From Clostridia bacterium (lineage in GTDB: Bacteria; Bacillota; Clostridia; Christensenellales; UBA1242): a stretch of DNA of 40,000 nt. Every line of letters begins with the position of its first letter. Position 1 is the stretch's first letter. Shown piece by piece: positions 15,001 to 23,304 of this stretch. The stretch is from NCBI GenBank assembly GCA_045657465.1, contig JAZOTD010000036.1, forward strand, positions 11,372 to 51,371, read 5' to 3'. The notes under the pieces are model-generated. The model was not told the origin of the DNA. It saw only the letters and a list, made by a program, of their open reading frames with translations, and did no database searches. The position numbers and the translations under genes were made by a program.

Positions 15001-18000
15001 ATTATATGTTCGTTTCAACAGATCTCAACTCTGCTTCTGCTGTTTCACTTAAGATGTATCTTGGTGACAAAACAAGCATCTTGGGTTCTAGATATGAAGA
15101 CAACAAAGACACAATCAAAACTGTTAGTGGCGTTGTTCTCTTTGATAACATTAGAGTTACAACAATTAACTACACAGACTTCACAAAACGCAGAGTTGAT
15201 GACAAAGACATCACCGTTGAAAAATATTTAGAAGAATCTGATTCTCCTGTTGTTCTTGACGTTGTTGTTGCAAACGATGATGCAAGATTCAACACAACAA
15301 ACGTGTTTGACAACAGAGCCAACTCAACTCTTGTTATTGGAGACAATGACAATTCAACAACTTGGGACGAAGGCAAAGATTTTGATGACATGTTCAACTT
15401 TGACGATATCTATAACACAAACAAAGATTCAAACGTGTTCACAGATATTCCTGATGTAACCGAAAAAACTGATGGCTACTCACCAAAAACTACAATGTGG
15501 TCATATTATATTGGCCGTGATGTTTCTGGTCTTGGCAACAGCAGAAAACTTGAACAATATCAAGAAGCCTATATGTCAGGCAACCTTTCAGTAAGTCTCG
15601 TTGATGAAGAAACAGAAATCAGCAAAACAATCACTCCTGTTGACAAAGACGAAGATAAGAAAGAAGAAGATAAAAAAGAAGAAGACAAAACTGAAAACAA
15701 AGAAACAATTGCTTCAACATTTAATCTAGCAAACCGTGCATTGAAACTTGAAAACACAAACAGTATTATTTCTCTTGGCATCACATCAAACGCATTTAAG
15801 ATTGAACAATTTAGATATTACAAAATTACAGTTTGGGTGTTTGCTCCAGACAAAGAAGCAACTGCTTCAATCACACTTAACTCTGTGGTTGAAACCGCAT
15901 CAACTCCAACTTATGGAACTCTTTTAACAAAGACAATTTCTCTTGATGCATGCTATGCTTCATACACAACAGCTCCAACAAACGAATATGGTTGGATTCC
16001 TTGTTCATTCTATATTGAAGGAAATGCACTTCATGACCAACTTTGCTATTTGGTTCTTTCAGCTGGAAAAGACTCAACTGTTTACTTCGACAATATCTCT
16101 GTTGAAAATGTTTCATCATCTGCTTATGACACAGTAAGTTCAGATTCAGACAACACAACAAATTACTTGTCACTCACCAACTCATCATCAGTTATTTCTA
16201 ATGGTATCACAAATGGTTACTTTAACAACATCACTTTCAAAAATGATTACAAAGAACCAGACATGACAACACCTAGAACTGCAAAGAGCTGGACTGTTGA
16301 CTCAAATAGTTCAAGTGCTGTGGTTGCAGGAGTTGTTCCAACAAACAAAACCTACACTTCGCTCACTGACAACTTCTATAAAAAATATAACAAAGATGGC
16401 GACGACGTAATCATTCCATATTCAAATGGATTTGATGAAAACAATTCATACAACAACGTGTTTGCAATTTATGCCCCTTCAACAATGAACAACCCTATTG
16501 AAGGCTCAACACAAACTGGCGTAAACACAACTAATATGTATAAGCTTTATTCTTCTTCAATTAGCTTGTCTGCAAACGGCGTTTATGAAATTTCATTTGA
16601 TTTCTTCAAAGGATATAACTTCACTGGATCAATGATTGCAAACCTTTATTATGGTTCAAAAGATTCAGCAAAAATTATTTCATCATTTAAAATTGATGCA
16701 AACAACCTTGATGAATATGCTTGGGAAACCTTCAAATTCTATGTTGCTTCGTCATACTCAACCGCAAGTGTATATCTTGAAATTGGTGTAACTGGTGCAA
16801 CTGGAACATGTTTCTTTAAAGATGCTCTCAAGGTAACATCTTCAAAATTACTCACCGATTTGCGTGACGAAATTATCAATGTAAATGAAAACTTGTCAGG
16901 CACAGCTGATATGTTTAACAAACAATCTCTTCAAAACTATAGATTTGTAGACTTTGCAATGTTATCATCATCAACTCACAGCCTTGAATTCAATAAACAA
17001 AACAACACATACAACGTTTCTGAATACAAGAACGAACTCATTAACACCAACAAATACACCGTTGGAAAATCTGGAGTTGCTGTTGCAACATTCTTCGCTG
17101 AGGAAGATTCAACAGTTACATATTCAGTAACAATCAACAAAATAACATATTATATTGGTGAAGATGCAAGTTCTGACACAGGCTATTCACTCTACAAATA
17201 TTCTTGCTGCTGTGAAGATGACAAAGTAACTGAAATCGACGGCTCACCTGTTGTAGTTGAAAACACCAAAAAAGTTGTTGTTGGAAAAGATGACAAAACA
17301 ACTGATTATGCATCAACCAAAACAGAAAAGAAAAACTATCTCTACACTTTTGAAAAAGATGTTGAAATCAATAATGTAATGATTCCAGCTACTGAACTTA
17401 CAAACAACTATTCAGATAGTGTCATGATTTTAGCTAACAGCTATTCAACAGATTTCATTTCACTCACACCTGCTTACACAACAACATTAAGCAAGACATC
17501 ATTCTATGTGTTGAAAATATATGTAAAAACAAGTGACTTTGCAGATGAAGACACTGGATTGAACATCAATATTGCTTCAATCTCAACTTCTTGGAAAAAC
17601 ATCAACACAACAATTCTTGATGAAGGAAAGGCTGATGAAAATGGATTCGTTTGCTATCAAGTAGGTATTAAAACAGCTGACAGTTCAATAGCAAGTTTTG
17701 GTGTAACCCTTTCTCTTGGTTCTGAAAAATCAACATGCAAAGGCTATGCAATCATTGCAGACATCGAACTTGAAAAATATGCAACTGAAGCAGACCTTGA
17801 ACACTACATCTCAACAGTTGAAGACGATGAAATCACCGTTAAAAAATATTACTCAAATGCAAAAGATGGTTCTTCTTCAAACACTTCAAATGAAAAGAAA
17901 GAAGACGCTGAAGAAGTTTCAAGATGGGCAACCTTCTTCTATATCTTCTCTTCACTTCTTTTAGCTTTGGTTCTTGGCATGGCACTTGTTGCTGTATTTG

Positions 18001-18149
18001 TTAAAAAACACCCTGTTAAACACAGAGTAAAAGCAACAAACGACCACGAAAAAGATATTGAACTTCTTAGACCTAAGAAATCAGACATCTTTGAACCAAC
18101 AAGCAAATCTTCAAATGAAGAAGATTCTGGAAACGATGGCATTTTGTAA
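12096..18149 (+). CDS. Giant (2017 aa) secreted, C-terminally membrane-anchored surface protein with CBM-like modules
   Basis: Uninterrupted 6 kb ORF. The N-terminal signal-like segment is KKSILSAFLASVLAFSF...SNA. Tyr/Asn/Thr-rich repeats and four beta-sandwich-like modules follow. The C-terminal TM helix WATFFYIFSSLLLALVLGMALVAVFV is followed by a basic/acidic tail. No LPXTG motif. Confidence 0.85.
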   Translation: MKKLSKSYSKNKKSILSAFLASVLAFSFNYSPISMISNLVKTSNAYKSSSLQSYYGETTSTSESKVKAYYPEELAEYFSQSKTNFNIETYYNSRFDDLFKGYANDFLLSGKVPFVNPDGSDNPDAMTNYSTLVRNFLSNKKVSTLYEYFENNKTDIKADLNISDFRTYVEYFVSHEITWTISDAETGKIPAAFTTAPTKTYFYCSFANFLTNTQESVKSTDTNGFDNLPEDYTESQFYQFSLSYKRLKDAVDAEIVKTMAIYSYDGQTQSNTVAGIVAEGAPVSKEFYYKDNEYTPQNTPKVSYSQKTVNKVKNRIVYYFGTLPTLPSGYTRPDHLEELDINKFYENPLQYRLTLDDGLDDNEEYGYIPGINTFYKYESIPFATTKNQYDLYVVDDSVTDLEKTTYASLGITVLTSDDIDNDTQNAEDLQDLGISKADSKSYFKVPYDSTAEHGDIYFNQIFSFIASSATKNKVYKILEELQKIDAIHGLYLKYKNNADNIVYYDPALNGGKSKETFIADAKKEENGIYDHLVIEFDYNSLSAEEKESYCIIPTSFSGHNVGSYTLYFEKTKTFYQETNTTNYDGYVTKDTPVDPYEYSSHLIPTDSYKMADYGKEIFALVENKDTTAKVTIDSTEYFTVDQFELDKPENRNFYIEVPEYTYNKIYGANNRTYKLYFKHEAKATRQLYVVDDTKSASTNEVYKNLYYNVITSEELKLNKLNYVAVESTDANYNKNFKLYYRYDEDTKFSELFVQNEFRNTGSDDNSKHNANAVYIVDEDVKPDELAKYKVNLFNVVSTEEFNQNKHFYVLIQQGDENYNSQYTKLYYKYKTDTTKASEKVIYIYTSGKSDKYQTFYKNNAGYVASDYELIPSTDTENYVEGTNLYYKKKRVQSAVNKPQMTYYYYQNSSTVSLKANKYYAISFYVYTNGYYDEAKTMPIEASFYLSDSNGYVSNISLEHISSQGKWTKYYMFVSTDLNSASAVSLKMYLGDKTSILGSRYEDNKDTIKTVSGVVLFDNIRVTTINYTDFTKRRVDDKDITVEKYLEESDSPVVLDVVVANDDARFNTTNVFDNRANSTLVIGDNDNSTTWDEGKDFDDMFNFDDIYNTNKDSNVFTDIPDVTEKTDGYSPKTTMWSYYIGRDVSGLGNSRKLEQYQEAYMSGNLSVSLVDEETEISKTITPVDKDEDKKEEDKKEEDKTENKETIASTFNLANRALKLENTNSIISLGITSNAFKIEQFRYYKITVWVFAPDKEATASITLNSVVETASTPTYGTLLTKTISLDACYASYTTAPTNEYGWIPCSFYIEGNALHDQLCYLVLSAGKDSTVYFDNISVENVSSSAYDTVSSDSDNTTNYLSLTNSSSVISNGITNGYFNNITFKNDYKEPDMTTPRTAKSWTVDSNSSSAVVAGVVPTNKTYTSLTDNFYKKYNKDGDDVIIPYSNGFDENNSYNNVFAIYAPSTMNNPIEGSTQTGVNTTNMYKLYSSSISLSANGVYEISFDFFKGYNFTGSMIANLYYGSKDSAKIISSFKIDANNLDEYAWETFKFYVASSYSTASVYLEIGVTGATGTCFFKDALKVTSSKLLTDLRDEIINVNENLSGTADMFNKQSLQNYRFVDFAMLSSSTHSLEFNKQNNTYNVSEYKNELINTNKYTVGKSGVAVATFFAEEDSTVTYSVTINKITYYIGEDASSDTGYSLYKYSCCCEDDKVTEIDGSPVVVENTKKVVVGKDDKTTDYASTKTEKKNYLYTFEKDVEINNVMIPATELTNNYSDSVMILANSYSTDFISLTPAYTTTLSKTSFYVLKIYVKTSDFADEDTGLNINIASISTSWKNINTTILDEGKADENGFVCYQVGIKTADSSIASFGVTLSLGSEKSTCKGYAIIADIELEKYATEADLEHYISTVEDDEITVKKYYSNAKDGSSSNTSNEKKEDAEEVSRWATFFYIFSSLLLALVLGMALVAVFVKKHPVKHRVKATNDHEKDIELLRPKKSDIFEPTSKSSNEEDSGNDGIL
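13257..14762 (+). repeat. At least six degenerate tandem protein repeats (about 50-85 aa each) inside the giant CDS
   Basis: Units start near aa 388, 497, 615, 685, 770 and 838. Each ends in (Y/N)(K/T)LY(Y/F)(K/R/E). The best pair is aa 687-745 against aa 773-833: LYVVDD..Y..L.YNVITSEEL..NK..YV....D.NYN...KLYYRY versus VYIVDE..Y..L.FNVVSTEEF..NK..YV....D.NYN...KLYYKY. Confidence 0.7.
14808..15167 (+). other. CBM4_9-like beta-sandwich module 1 (aa 905-1024)
   Basis: Pattern read: SLKANKYYAISFYVYT ... ASFYLSD ... WTKYYMFVST..ASAVSLKMYLG ... VLFDNIRV. Confidence 0.5.
15642..15704 (+). repeat. Low-complexity D/E/K linker (DKDEDKKEEDKKEEDKTENKE)
   Basis: Read directly; purine-rich GAA/GAT/AAA codon run. 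Confidence 0.8.
15759..16112 (+). other. CBM4_9-like module 2 (aa 1222-1339)
   Basis: Pattern read: FKIEQFRYYKITVWVFA ... ASITLNS ... WIPCSFYIEG ... CYLVLSAGKDSTVYFDNISV. Confidence 0.5.
16188..16838 (+). other. CBM4_9-like module 3 (aa 1365-1581)
   Basis: Begins SNGITNGYFNN...AKSWTV, comparable to the NGgFE...W module start. Continues ISLSANGVYEISFDFF ... WETFKFYVAS..ASVYLEIGV.GATGTCFFKDALKV. Confidence 0.5.
17430..17774 (+). other. CBM4_9-like module 4 (aa 1779-1893)
   Basis: Pattern read: TTTLSKTSFYVLKIYVKT ... GLNINIAS ... FVCYQVGIKT..IASFGVTLSLG...GYAIIADIEL. Confidence 0.45.
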
Positions 18150-18163
18150 TAACTACAAAAAAC

Positions 18164-18192
18164 AAAAAGAGAGACACTTGTCTCTCTTTTTT
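18164..18192 (+). terminator. Terminator of the giant gene
   Basis: AGAGAGACA (18168-18176) pairs with TGTCTCTCT (18179-18187), followed by a T-run. Confidence 0.6.
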
Positions 18193-18203
18193 ATTCTCAA
18201 AAA

Positions 18204-18232
18204 AAGACGAGATTATTTCTCGTCTTTTGCTT
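18204..18232 (-). terminator. Terminator of the 18213-19391 gene, overlapping its last codons and stop
   Basis: AAGACGAGA (18204-18212) pairs with TCTCGTCTT (18218-18226). On the minus strand a T7 run follows. Confidence 0.55.
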
Positions 18233-19391
18233 TTTTAGTTTTATTTTTTTCTGGTTTTGCATCTTCTGTTAATTTTTTGATATAACATGTTTTCTTTCTA
18301 ATAAGTTCTCTTTCAAACATTTCAAGAGAGCTGATAGCTCCTGTGTTTGTCTCTAACTGAACACCAGTTACACCAGTTTTAACGTTTGGCATTTGACACA
18401 CTCTATCAAAAAGCTTTTTGATGATAAATGCAGTAACTCCCAACTTTTGATATTCTTTTCTTACTGAAATGATTCCAAGTTCAATTTCTTCAGGTTTTCT
18501 AAGTGCTTTGAGCCAATGAATAAACCCAAATGGAAGTGCTCTTCCTTTAGATTTTCTCATTGCTTCTGCAAGTGATGGCCATGTTAAACCAAAACCAATA
18601 AGTTTGTCTTTTTTATCAAAAACCAAGCAAAGATATTTCTTTTTCAAAATAAGCTTAAACATTGATATAACTTGTTTTCTAAGTTCATCATTCATAGGCA
18701 TTGTGCCATAAAGTTCAGCAAATGACTCGTCCATCAAATCAAAGAAGTCGTCACCATGTTTTTTGATAAGCCCATTAAGAGTTTTGAACTCTTCCTCATG
18801 AAAACCATAGCGATTTTCAACAATATTTGCTATTCTGTCAACACGTGCATCCATCTTTTGTGGAAAATTAAATCTCCATTCAACCCATTTTGCATCTGGT
18901 GTGTAGCCACAGTTTTCAATATAAGTTTGATAATATGGATAGTTGTAGCTTGTGATATATGAACCACGGTGTTCAAAACCATAAACCATCAAACCTTCTC
19001 TTTCTAAATCATCATAACCAAGTGGACCATGAATATATTCCATACCATGTTCTCTTGCCCAGTCTTCAGCTGTTTGAAGCAATGCTTTTGCAACTTCTTC
19101 ATTTTCAATCACATCAAATCTTGAAAATCTAGCATACTTTGCATTATTTTTCTCATTGAATGGGTGCATTATAATACATGCAATTCTTCCAACAACTTTT
19201 CCATTCTCATCTTCTGCTAAGAAAAATGCTTGTTCACACTCTTTGTAGTGTGCATTTTTCTTGGTAACCATTTTATATTCATCCATTTCCATTGGTGGAA
19301 TATAATTTTTGCAATCTTTATAGAGATTGGTTGGAAATCTCACGAATCTTTTTAAATCTTTTCTTTTTGTAATTTTTCTAATAGTAAACAT
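18213..19391 (-). CDS. Putative GNAT-superfamily (tandem acyltransferase fold) protein, function unknown
   Basis: 392 aa with SD AGGAGA 5 nt upstream. The segments GKVVGRIACI...ARFSRFDV...AKALLQTAEDWAREHGMEYIHGPLG and ISVRKEYQKLGVTAFIIKKL look like GNAT beta4-alpha3 regions. This is a by-eye call only. Confidence 0.4.
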   Translation of the reverse strand: MFTIRKITKRKDLKRFVRFPTNLYKDCKNYIPPMEMDEYKMVTKKNAHYKECEQAFFLAEDENGKVVGRIACIIMHPFNEKNNAKYARFSRFDVIENEEVAKALLQTAEDWAREHGMEYIHGPLGYDDLEREGLMVYGFEHRGSYITSYNYPYYQTYIENCGYTPDAKWVEWRFNFPQKMDARVDRIANIVENRYGFHEEEFKTLNGLIKKHGDDFFDLMDESFAELYGTMPMNDELRKQVISMFKLILKKKYLCLVFDKKDKLIGFGLTWPSLAEAMRKSKGRALPFGFIHWLKALRKPEEIELGIISVRKEYQKLGVTAFIIKKLFDRVCQMPNVKTGVTGVQLETNTGAISSLEMFERELIRKKTCYIKKLTEDAKPEKNKTKKAKDEK

Positions 19392-19540
19392 AACTTTCTC
19401 CTGCCTACATTATACTCCATTGCAAATTAATATACAATAAAACTAAAAAAGTTTGCAAATATTTTTGTATAGGTCAAAGTCAGTCAATATTTTTAAATAT
19501 CATTTTCATATTGCCAATTTGTTATTCATAAAATTTAATT

Positions 19541-21082
19541 ATGAATAGAATTTTTAAAGCAATGTTTTGCGTTACATTTTTTTCTGTTTGCACACGAGCT
19601 ATGGGGTTTTTGTTGAAAATTTATCTATCACGAGAGCTTGGAAGCACCCTTCTCGGCAGTTATCAAGTTGCCATGAGCATATTTGGTGTGTTGATGACAC
19701 TTGTTTCAAGTGGAATCCCTGTGGTTTTATCTCGCAATGTTTCTTATTTTTCAGGACAAAAAGATAAAAAAGCTATTGGTTCTCTGGTTTCGTCAGGGTT
19801 GATTTTAACAGGAATCATATGCTTTGTCGTTTCGTTAATTATTTTATTTTGCCCTAATCTCATGAATGCAATTTTTACATCAAACGCATCAACTGAAATG
19901 CTTCTTATATTACTCCCTGCACTAATCTCTAGCGCAATTTATGAAGTGATACGCGGTGCACTTTGGGGAGAAAAAGAATTTTTTGAAATCAGTTTTTCTG
20001 AATTTTTAGAACAAGTTGTTCGAATTGTTATTTTGGTTGTTTTCTTTAAAACAACGTTTTTAAATATGTCTCTAACAAACAAAACAGCTCTATCACTTTC
20101 GCTCGCCTGCATTCTCTCAACTTTGCACGTTTTAATTATATATTTCAAAAAAGGTGGAAAACTCTATAGTCCAAGAGCACAATTTAGATCTCTACTAAAA
20201 ACAAGCACTCCTATCACCGCAGTTAAAACAGCATCTTCAATTGTTTCATCAATCATAGCAATAATCATTCCGTTACGATTAATGAAATTTGGATATTCTT
20301 CAAACGAAGCTCTTTCAGAATTTGGAATCATCATGGGCATGACATTTCCTTTAATTATGATTCCATCCACGCTAATCGGTTCTCTTGCGGTAACCCTCAT
20401 TCCTTCAATAAGCGAACAATCAAACGATATTGACAGCGGAAACCTAAAAGACACATCAGCTCTCAAATCAAAAATAAACTTCGCACTGAAAATCACTATT
20501 CTCTTTTCAACGATCTTACTTTCAACATTCGTTGCATTAGGCATTCCGCTATGTGAATTTATTTATAAAAACTCAACCGCCGGAACCTATCTTTGTTTTT
20601 CTGCACTTGCAATGCTTCCACTAGGCATATCTCAAATCACATCATCTATTTTAAATGCTGTCGGTCTTGAAATGAAATCTCTCAAAAACTATGCCATTTC
20701 TGCGGGGCTTCTCATAATAAGCATCTACTTCTTGCCAGCGTATATCGGCACATATTCCTTAATTGTTGGATACTTGTTAATGTCTATTACAGCATCTATA
20801 TTAAATCTTCGTATGCTTTCAAAACGAAACCTAGTGAGCCTAAACTTTTCAAAAACAATTTTCTCAATGCTTGCAATAGCCATGTTGTCAACACTTCTCA
20901 CATCTTCAGTCTATCACTTATTTGACAGCTTCAGTTTGATTGTTTCACTCATACTTGGTGTTTTAACCAGTCTGTCTTCAACCGCAGTTTTAATTTATGT
21001 CTTTAACATTGCCAACGTAAAGGTTCTTATATTTAGAAACTTTAAGAAAAAATCTAAAGTATGTTCTCTACAGAAATCTTAA
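19541..21082 (+). CDS. MOP-superfamily flippase, SpoVB/MurJ-like polysaccharide biosynthesis protein
   Basis: 513 aa with about 14 TM segments. The N-terminus FSVCTRAMGFLLKIYLSRELGSTLLGSYQVAMSIF is typical of the SpoVB/MurJ family. Confidence 0.7.
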   Translation: MNRIFKAMFCVTFFSVCTRAMGFLLKIYLSRELGSTLLGSYQVAMSIFGVLMTLVSSGIPVVLSRNVSYFSGQKDKKAIGSLVSSGLILTGIICFVVSLIILFCPNLMNAIFTSNASTEMLLILLPALISSAIYEVIRGALWGEKEFFEISFSEFLEQVVRIVILVVFFKTTFLNMSLTNKTALSLSLACILSTLHVLIIYFKKGGKLYSPRAQFRSLLKTSTPITAVKTASSIVSSIIAIIIPLRLMKFGYSSNEALSEFGIIMGMTFPLIMIPSTLIGSLAVTLIPSISEQSNDIDSGNLKDTSALKSKINFALKITILFSTILLSTFVALGIPLCEFIYKNSTAGTYLCFSALAMLPLGISQITSSILNAVGLEMKSLKNYAISAGLLIISIYFLPAYIGTYSLIVGYLLMSITASILNLRMLSKRNLVSLNFSKTIFSMLAIAMLSTLLTSSVYHLFDSFSLIVSLILGVLTSLSSTAVLIYVFNIANVKVLIFRNFKKKSKVCSLQKS

Positions 21083-21449
21083 AATCGTCTAAATAATGTG
21101 CAACATAATCAATTGCTGAAGCACACTCCGCATATGCTTCAGTATAATCATTCTGTTCAACATAAACCGCAATGCGCGCAAAAGTAATTTCAACATCTTT
21201 GACACCGCTGTGCCAAATTAAACACTTAAGCACTTTTAACTTATCAGTCCATTCTTCATGCAATGCATAACTTTTTTCTATTAATTCTTCAGTGTCAATC
21301 TTGTCTTTATTTTCTGCGAGTTCAATTTGCAACGACTCAAGTGAATTAATAAGCCACTTTAATGAACTTTGAGTGTATCTTGTTTCAAAAATTCCACCAA
21401 CCACCAATACAACAGCTATGCATAATATAACAACCCAACGTCTCACCAA
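21054..21449 (-). CDS. DUF4363-like small membrane-anchored protein
   Basis: N-terminal TM segment plus a helical domain. Sits immediately downstream of a DUF421 gene, the usual pairing. The start (TTG 21449 or GTG 21446) overlaps the upstream TGA. AAGGAG lies upstream. Confidence 0.55.
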   Translation of the reverse strand: MVRRWVVILCIAVVLVVGGIFETRYTQSSLKWLINSLESLQIELAENKDKIDTEELIEKSYALHEEWTDKLKVLKCLIWHSGVKDVEITFARIAVYVEQNDYTEAYAECASAIDYVAHYLDDFKISVENIL

Positions 21450-22165
21450 TTTCCATCTCCTTTATAATCAGTTTGAAACGAAAGACACACAGTGGCCCCT
21501 TTGTCTTGAATAAACACCTCACCATTAGAGTCTAATGTTAAAATCAAAACTTCTTTTTCATTTTTTATCTGTGAACGCTCAACGCAGTCATAAACAAACT
21601 GGTTGTCAACACCAGCAATCAACATATTCTCTTTCATTAACTTTCCGTCCATAACCAAATTGATTGGTAAAGAGTTTTGACTGACTTTGACTTTTAAGTC
21701 ATCTCGTGTAGCTTGCTCCGCTTCTGCTTTTTTAATTACACTTAAATTTCCGTTCGTTTCAATAATTGCATACAAGACTTCAGATAGATTAAACACACTG
21801 CAACCCCTAACAAGCTCCATTAAATCATCAAGTGTCATGTTTAATGCTTTTAGTTGATTATAATCAATACCCTTTGGGCTCATAACAATCACGGGCTTGC
21901 CAGTGAGCAAATATCTAAGCCCCATAAACTTTCTAGACAAAAAACATATTAAAAAATGAACAATCAACAGCGTCAAGATTGGCACAACACCATGCAACAA
22001 CGGAACAGACAATTCCGCCATTGGAATACACGCTAAATCAGCAATTATAAGTGTAACCACAAATTCGAATGGTTGCATTTCACCAATTTGCCTTTTACCC
22101 ATCAGTCTAATAACAGCAAAACAGCAAACATAAATAATAACAGATCTTAAAAGCATTATAACCAT
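21443..22165 (-). CDS. DUF421 (YetF/YdfS-like) membrane protein
   Basis: N-terminus IIYVCCFAVIRLMGKRQIGEMQPFEFVVTLIIADLA is the family hallmark. 240 aa. Confidence 0.75.
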   Translation of the reverse strand: MVIMLLRSVIIYVCCFAVIRLMGKRQIGEMQPFEFVVTLIIADLACIPMAELSVPLLHGVVPILTLLIVHFLICFLSRKFMGLRYLLTGKPVIVMSPKGIDYNQLKALNMTLDDLMELVRGCSVFNLSEVLYAIIETNGNLSVIKKAEAEQATRDDLKVKVSQNSLPINLVMDGKLMKENMLIAGVDNQFVYDCVERSQIKNEKEVLILTLDSNGEVFIQDKGATVCLSFQTDYKGDGNW

Positions 22166-22189
22166 ATATTAATTATGATTTTTTTGCAA

Positions 22190-22222
22190 AAAAAAATACA
22201 TACCACATGGTATGTATTTTTT
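22190..22222 (-). terminator. Rho-independent terminator
   Basis: ATACATACC (22196-22204) pairs with GGTATGTAT (22209-22217), flanked by A- and T-runs. Confidence 0.6.
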
Positions 22223-22227
22223 ATAAC

Positions 22228-23235
22228 CTAAATATTTTTTACAACTTTGTAATGTATGCTAATATCAGCATTTGTGTCGCCTTTTTGATAGAAAATTCTC
22301 ATTGTATCTGCACCAGTAAGATCTTTTGTGTAAAGTGAATTGCTAGCTACCATTTCATCACACACATGAACAAATACTTCTGTTAAAAAGTCATCATTGA
22401 ATGTAAGTTTAAGCAAAATCACTTGCTCACTTGTTTCGATATTTTCATTTTGTTTGAAGATAACAACATTTCCGTCTTTACGTGATGCATTAACATATTT
22501 AAGTTCAACTTGACTGCTTTGTATTCTTCTATAAAAATCAGACTTCATTTCATAATGTGTGAATGTGCTGATTGTTTTGCTTTTTTCAAGACCAGTTGAT
22601 TCATCAATTTCGATTTTTGTTTGTTTGTAAGCCACACTGCCGTTTTTGTTATAATCAGCTTTGATTGCAAGTGTGTTTGACTTGCTTCCAAGTCTAACTG
22701 TTAATGTGTCACCAACAATCTTGTAATTATAAGATTTGTCATAACTTCCGTCGTGCATCAAATAGCTTCCGCCATCATCTTTGTAATAATAATCACATTC
22801 GCCATTTGATCTTATATAAACCATTTGATTTGAAGACTTGCTATCAAATGTTGAAACTATAGGGGTTCCACCAACAACAATCTTTTCTGTTTCACTAACA
22901 TAATACATTCCAGCTTCGATAACATCATAATCAACTTCAATCACTTGTGATTTATAAGTGATTTTCATTGTTCCATGAGTTTTTAATGATGTTGAAAAGT
23001 TAGAAATTTTAACATTTTTGTTATCTAAATCAATCATTTTGATGTTGCCATTTTTATAAGTAACCTTAATTTTAGCATCTTCAAAATCAATATCTTGACC
23101 TGCAACATACAATGTTTGCATAGTTCCTTCAATCTTTGCACTTGCAATGCTCTTTGAATTAAATATTAAAAAACCAAGACCCACAATACCCGCAATTAAA
23201 ACGACCGACAAAATAATCATTATAATCTTTTTCAT
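22228..23235 (-). CDS. Membrane-anchored extracellular protein with an N-terminal Ig-like (Big-type) domain pattern
   Basis: Signal anchor MKKIIMIILSVVLIAGIVGLGFLIF. Then LYVAGQDIDFEDAKIKVTYKNG...VKISNF...GTMKITYKSQVIEVDYDV, the typical bacterial Ig-like repeat pattern. SD AAGGAG lies 6 nt upstream. Confidence 0.55.
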   Translation of the reverse strand: MKKIIMIILSVVLIAGIVGLGFLIFNSKSIASAKIEGTMQTLYVAGQDIDFEDAKIKVTYKNGNIKMIDLDNKNVKISNFSTSLKTHGTMKITYKSQVIEVDYDVIEAGMYYVSETEKIVVGGTPIVSTFDSKSSNQMVYIRSNGECDYYYKDDGGSYLMHDGSYDKSYNYKIVGDTLTVRLGSKSNTLAIKADYNKNGSVAYKQTKIEIDESTGLEKSKTISTFTHYEMKSDFYRRIQSSQVELKYVNASRKDGNVVIFKQNENIETSEQVILLKLTFNDDFLTEVFVHVCDEMVASNSLYTKDLTGADTMRIFYQKGDTNADISIHYKVVKNI

Positions 23236-23304
23236 ATGTGTCTCCTTTGTTTAATTAGTTATATTATAAGAACATTATAACATAGATAATTCAATATTTC
23301 AAGA

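Noticed and set aside
15642-15704. A purine-rich near-tandem DNA repeat (AAGAAGAAGATAA-like) as a VNTR.
   Set aside because: It is short, imperfect and in frame. It is simply the coding sequence for a D/E/K linker.
12742-17964. Nine ORFs of 62-126 aa on the same strand inside the giant gene (12742, 13621, 13957, 14260, 14536, 14851, 15250, 15943, 17716).
   Set aside because: All lie in the same +1 frame relative to the 12096 frame (coordinates mod 3 = 1 versus 0). They translate to Q/T/K/L/M-rich low-complexity sequence and have no SDs. The open +1 frame is explained by codon usage: NTA codons and ATG-A contexts are rare, so few TAA/TAG/TGA triplets arise out of frame. It is not evidence of overlapping genes.
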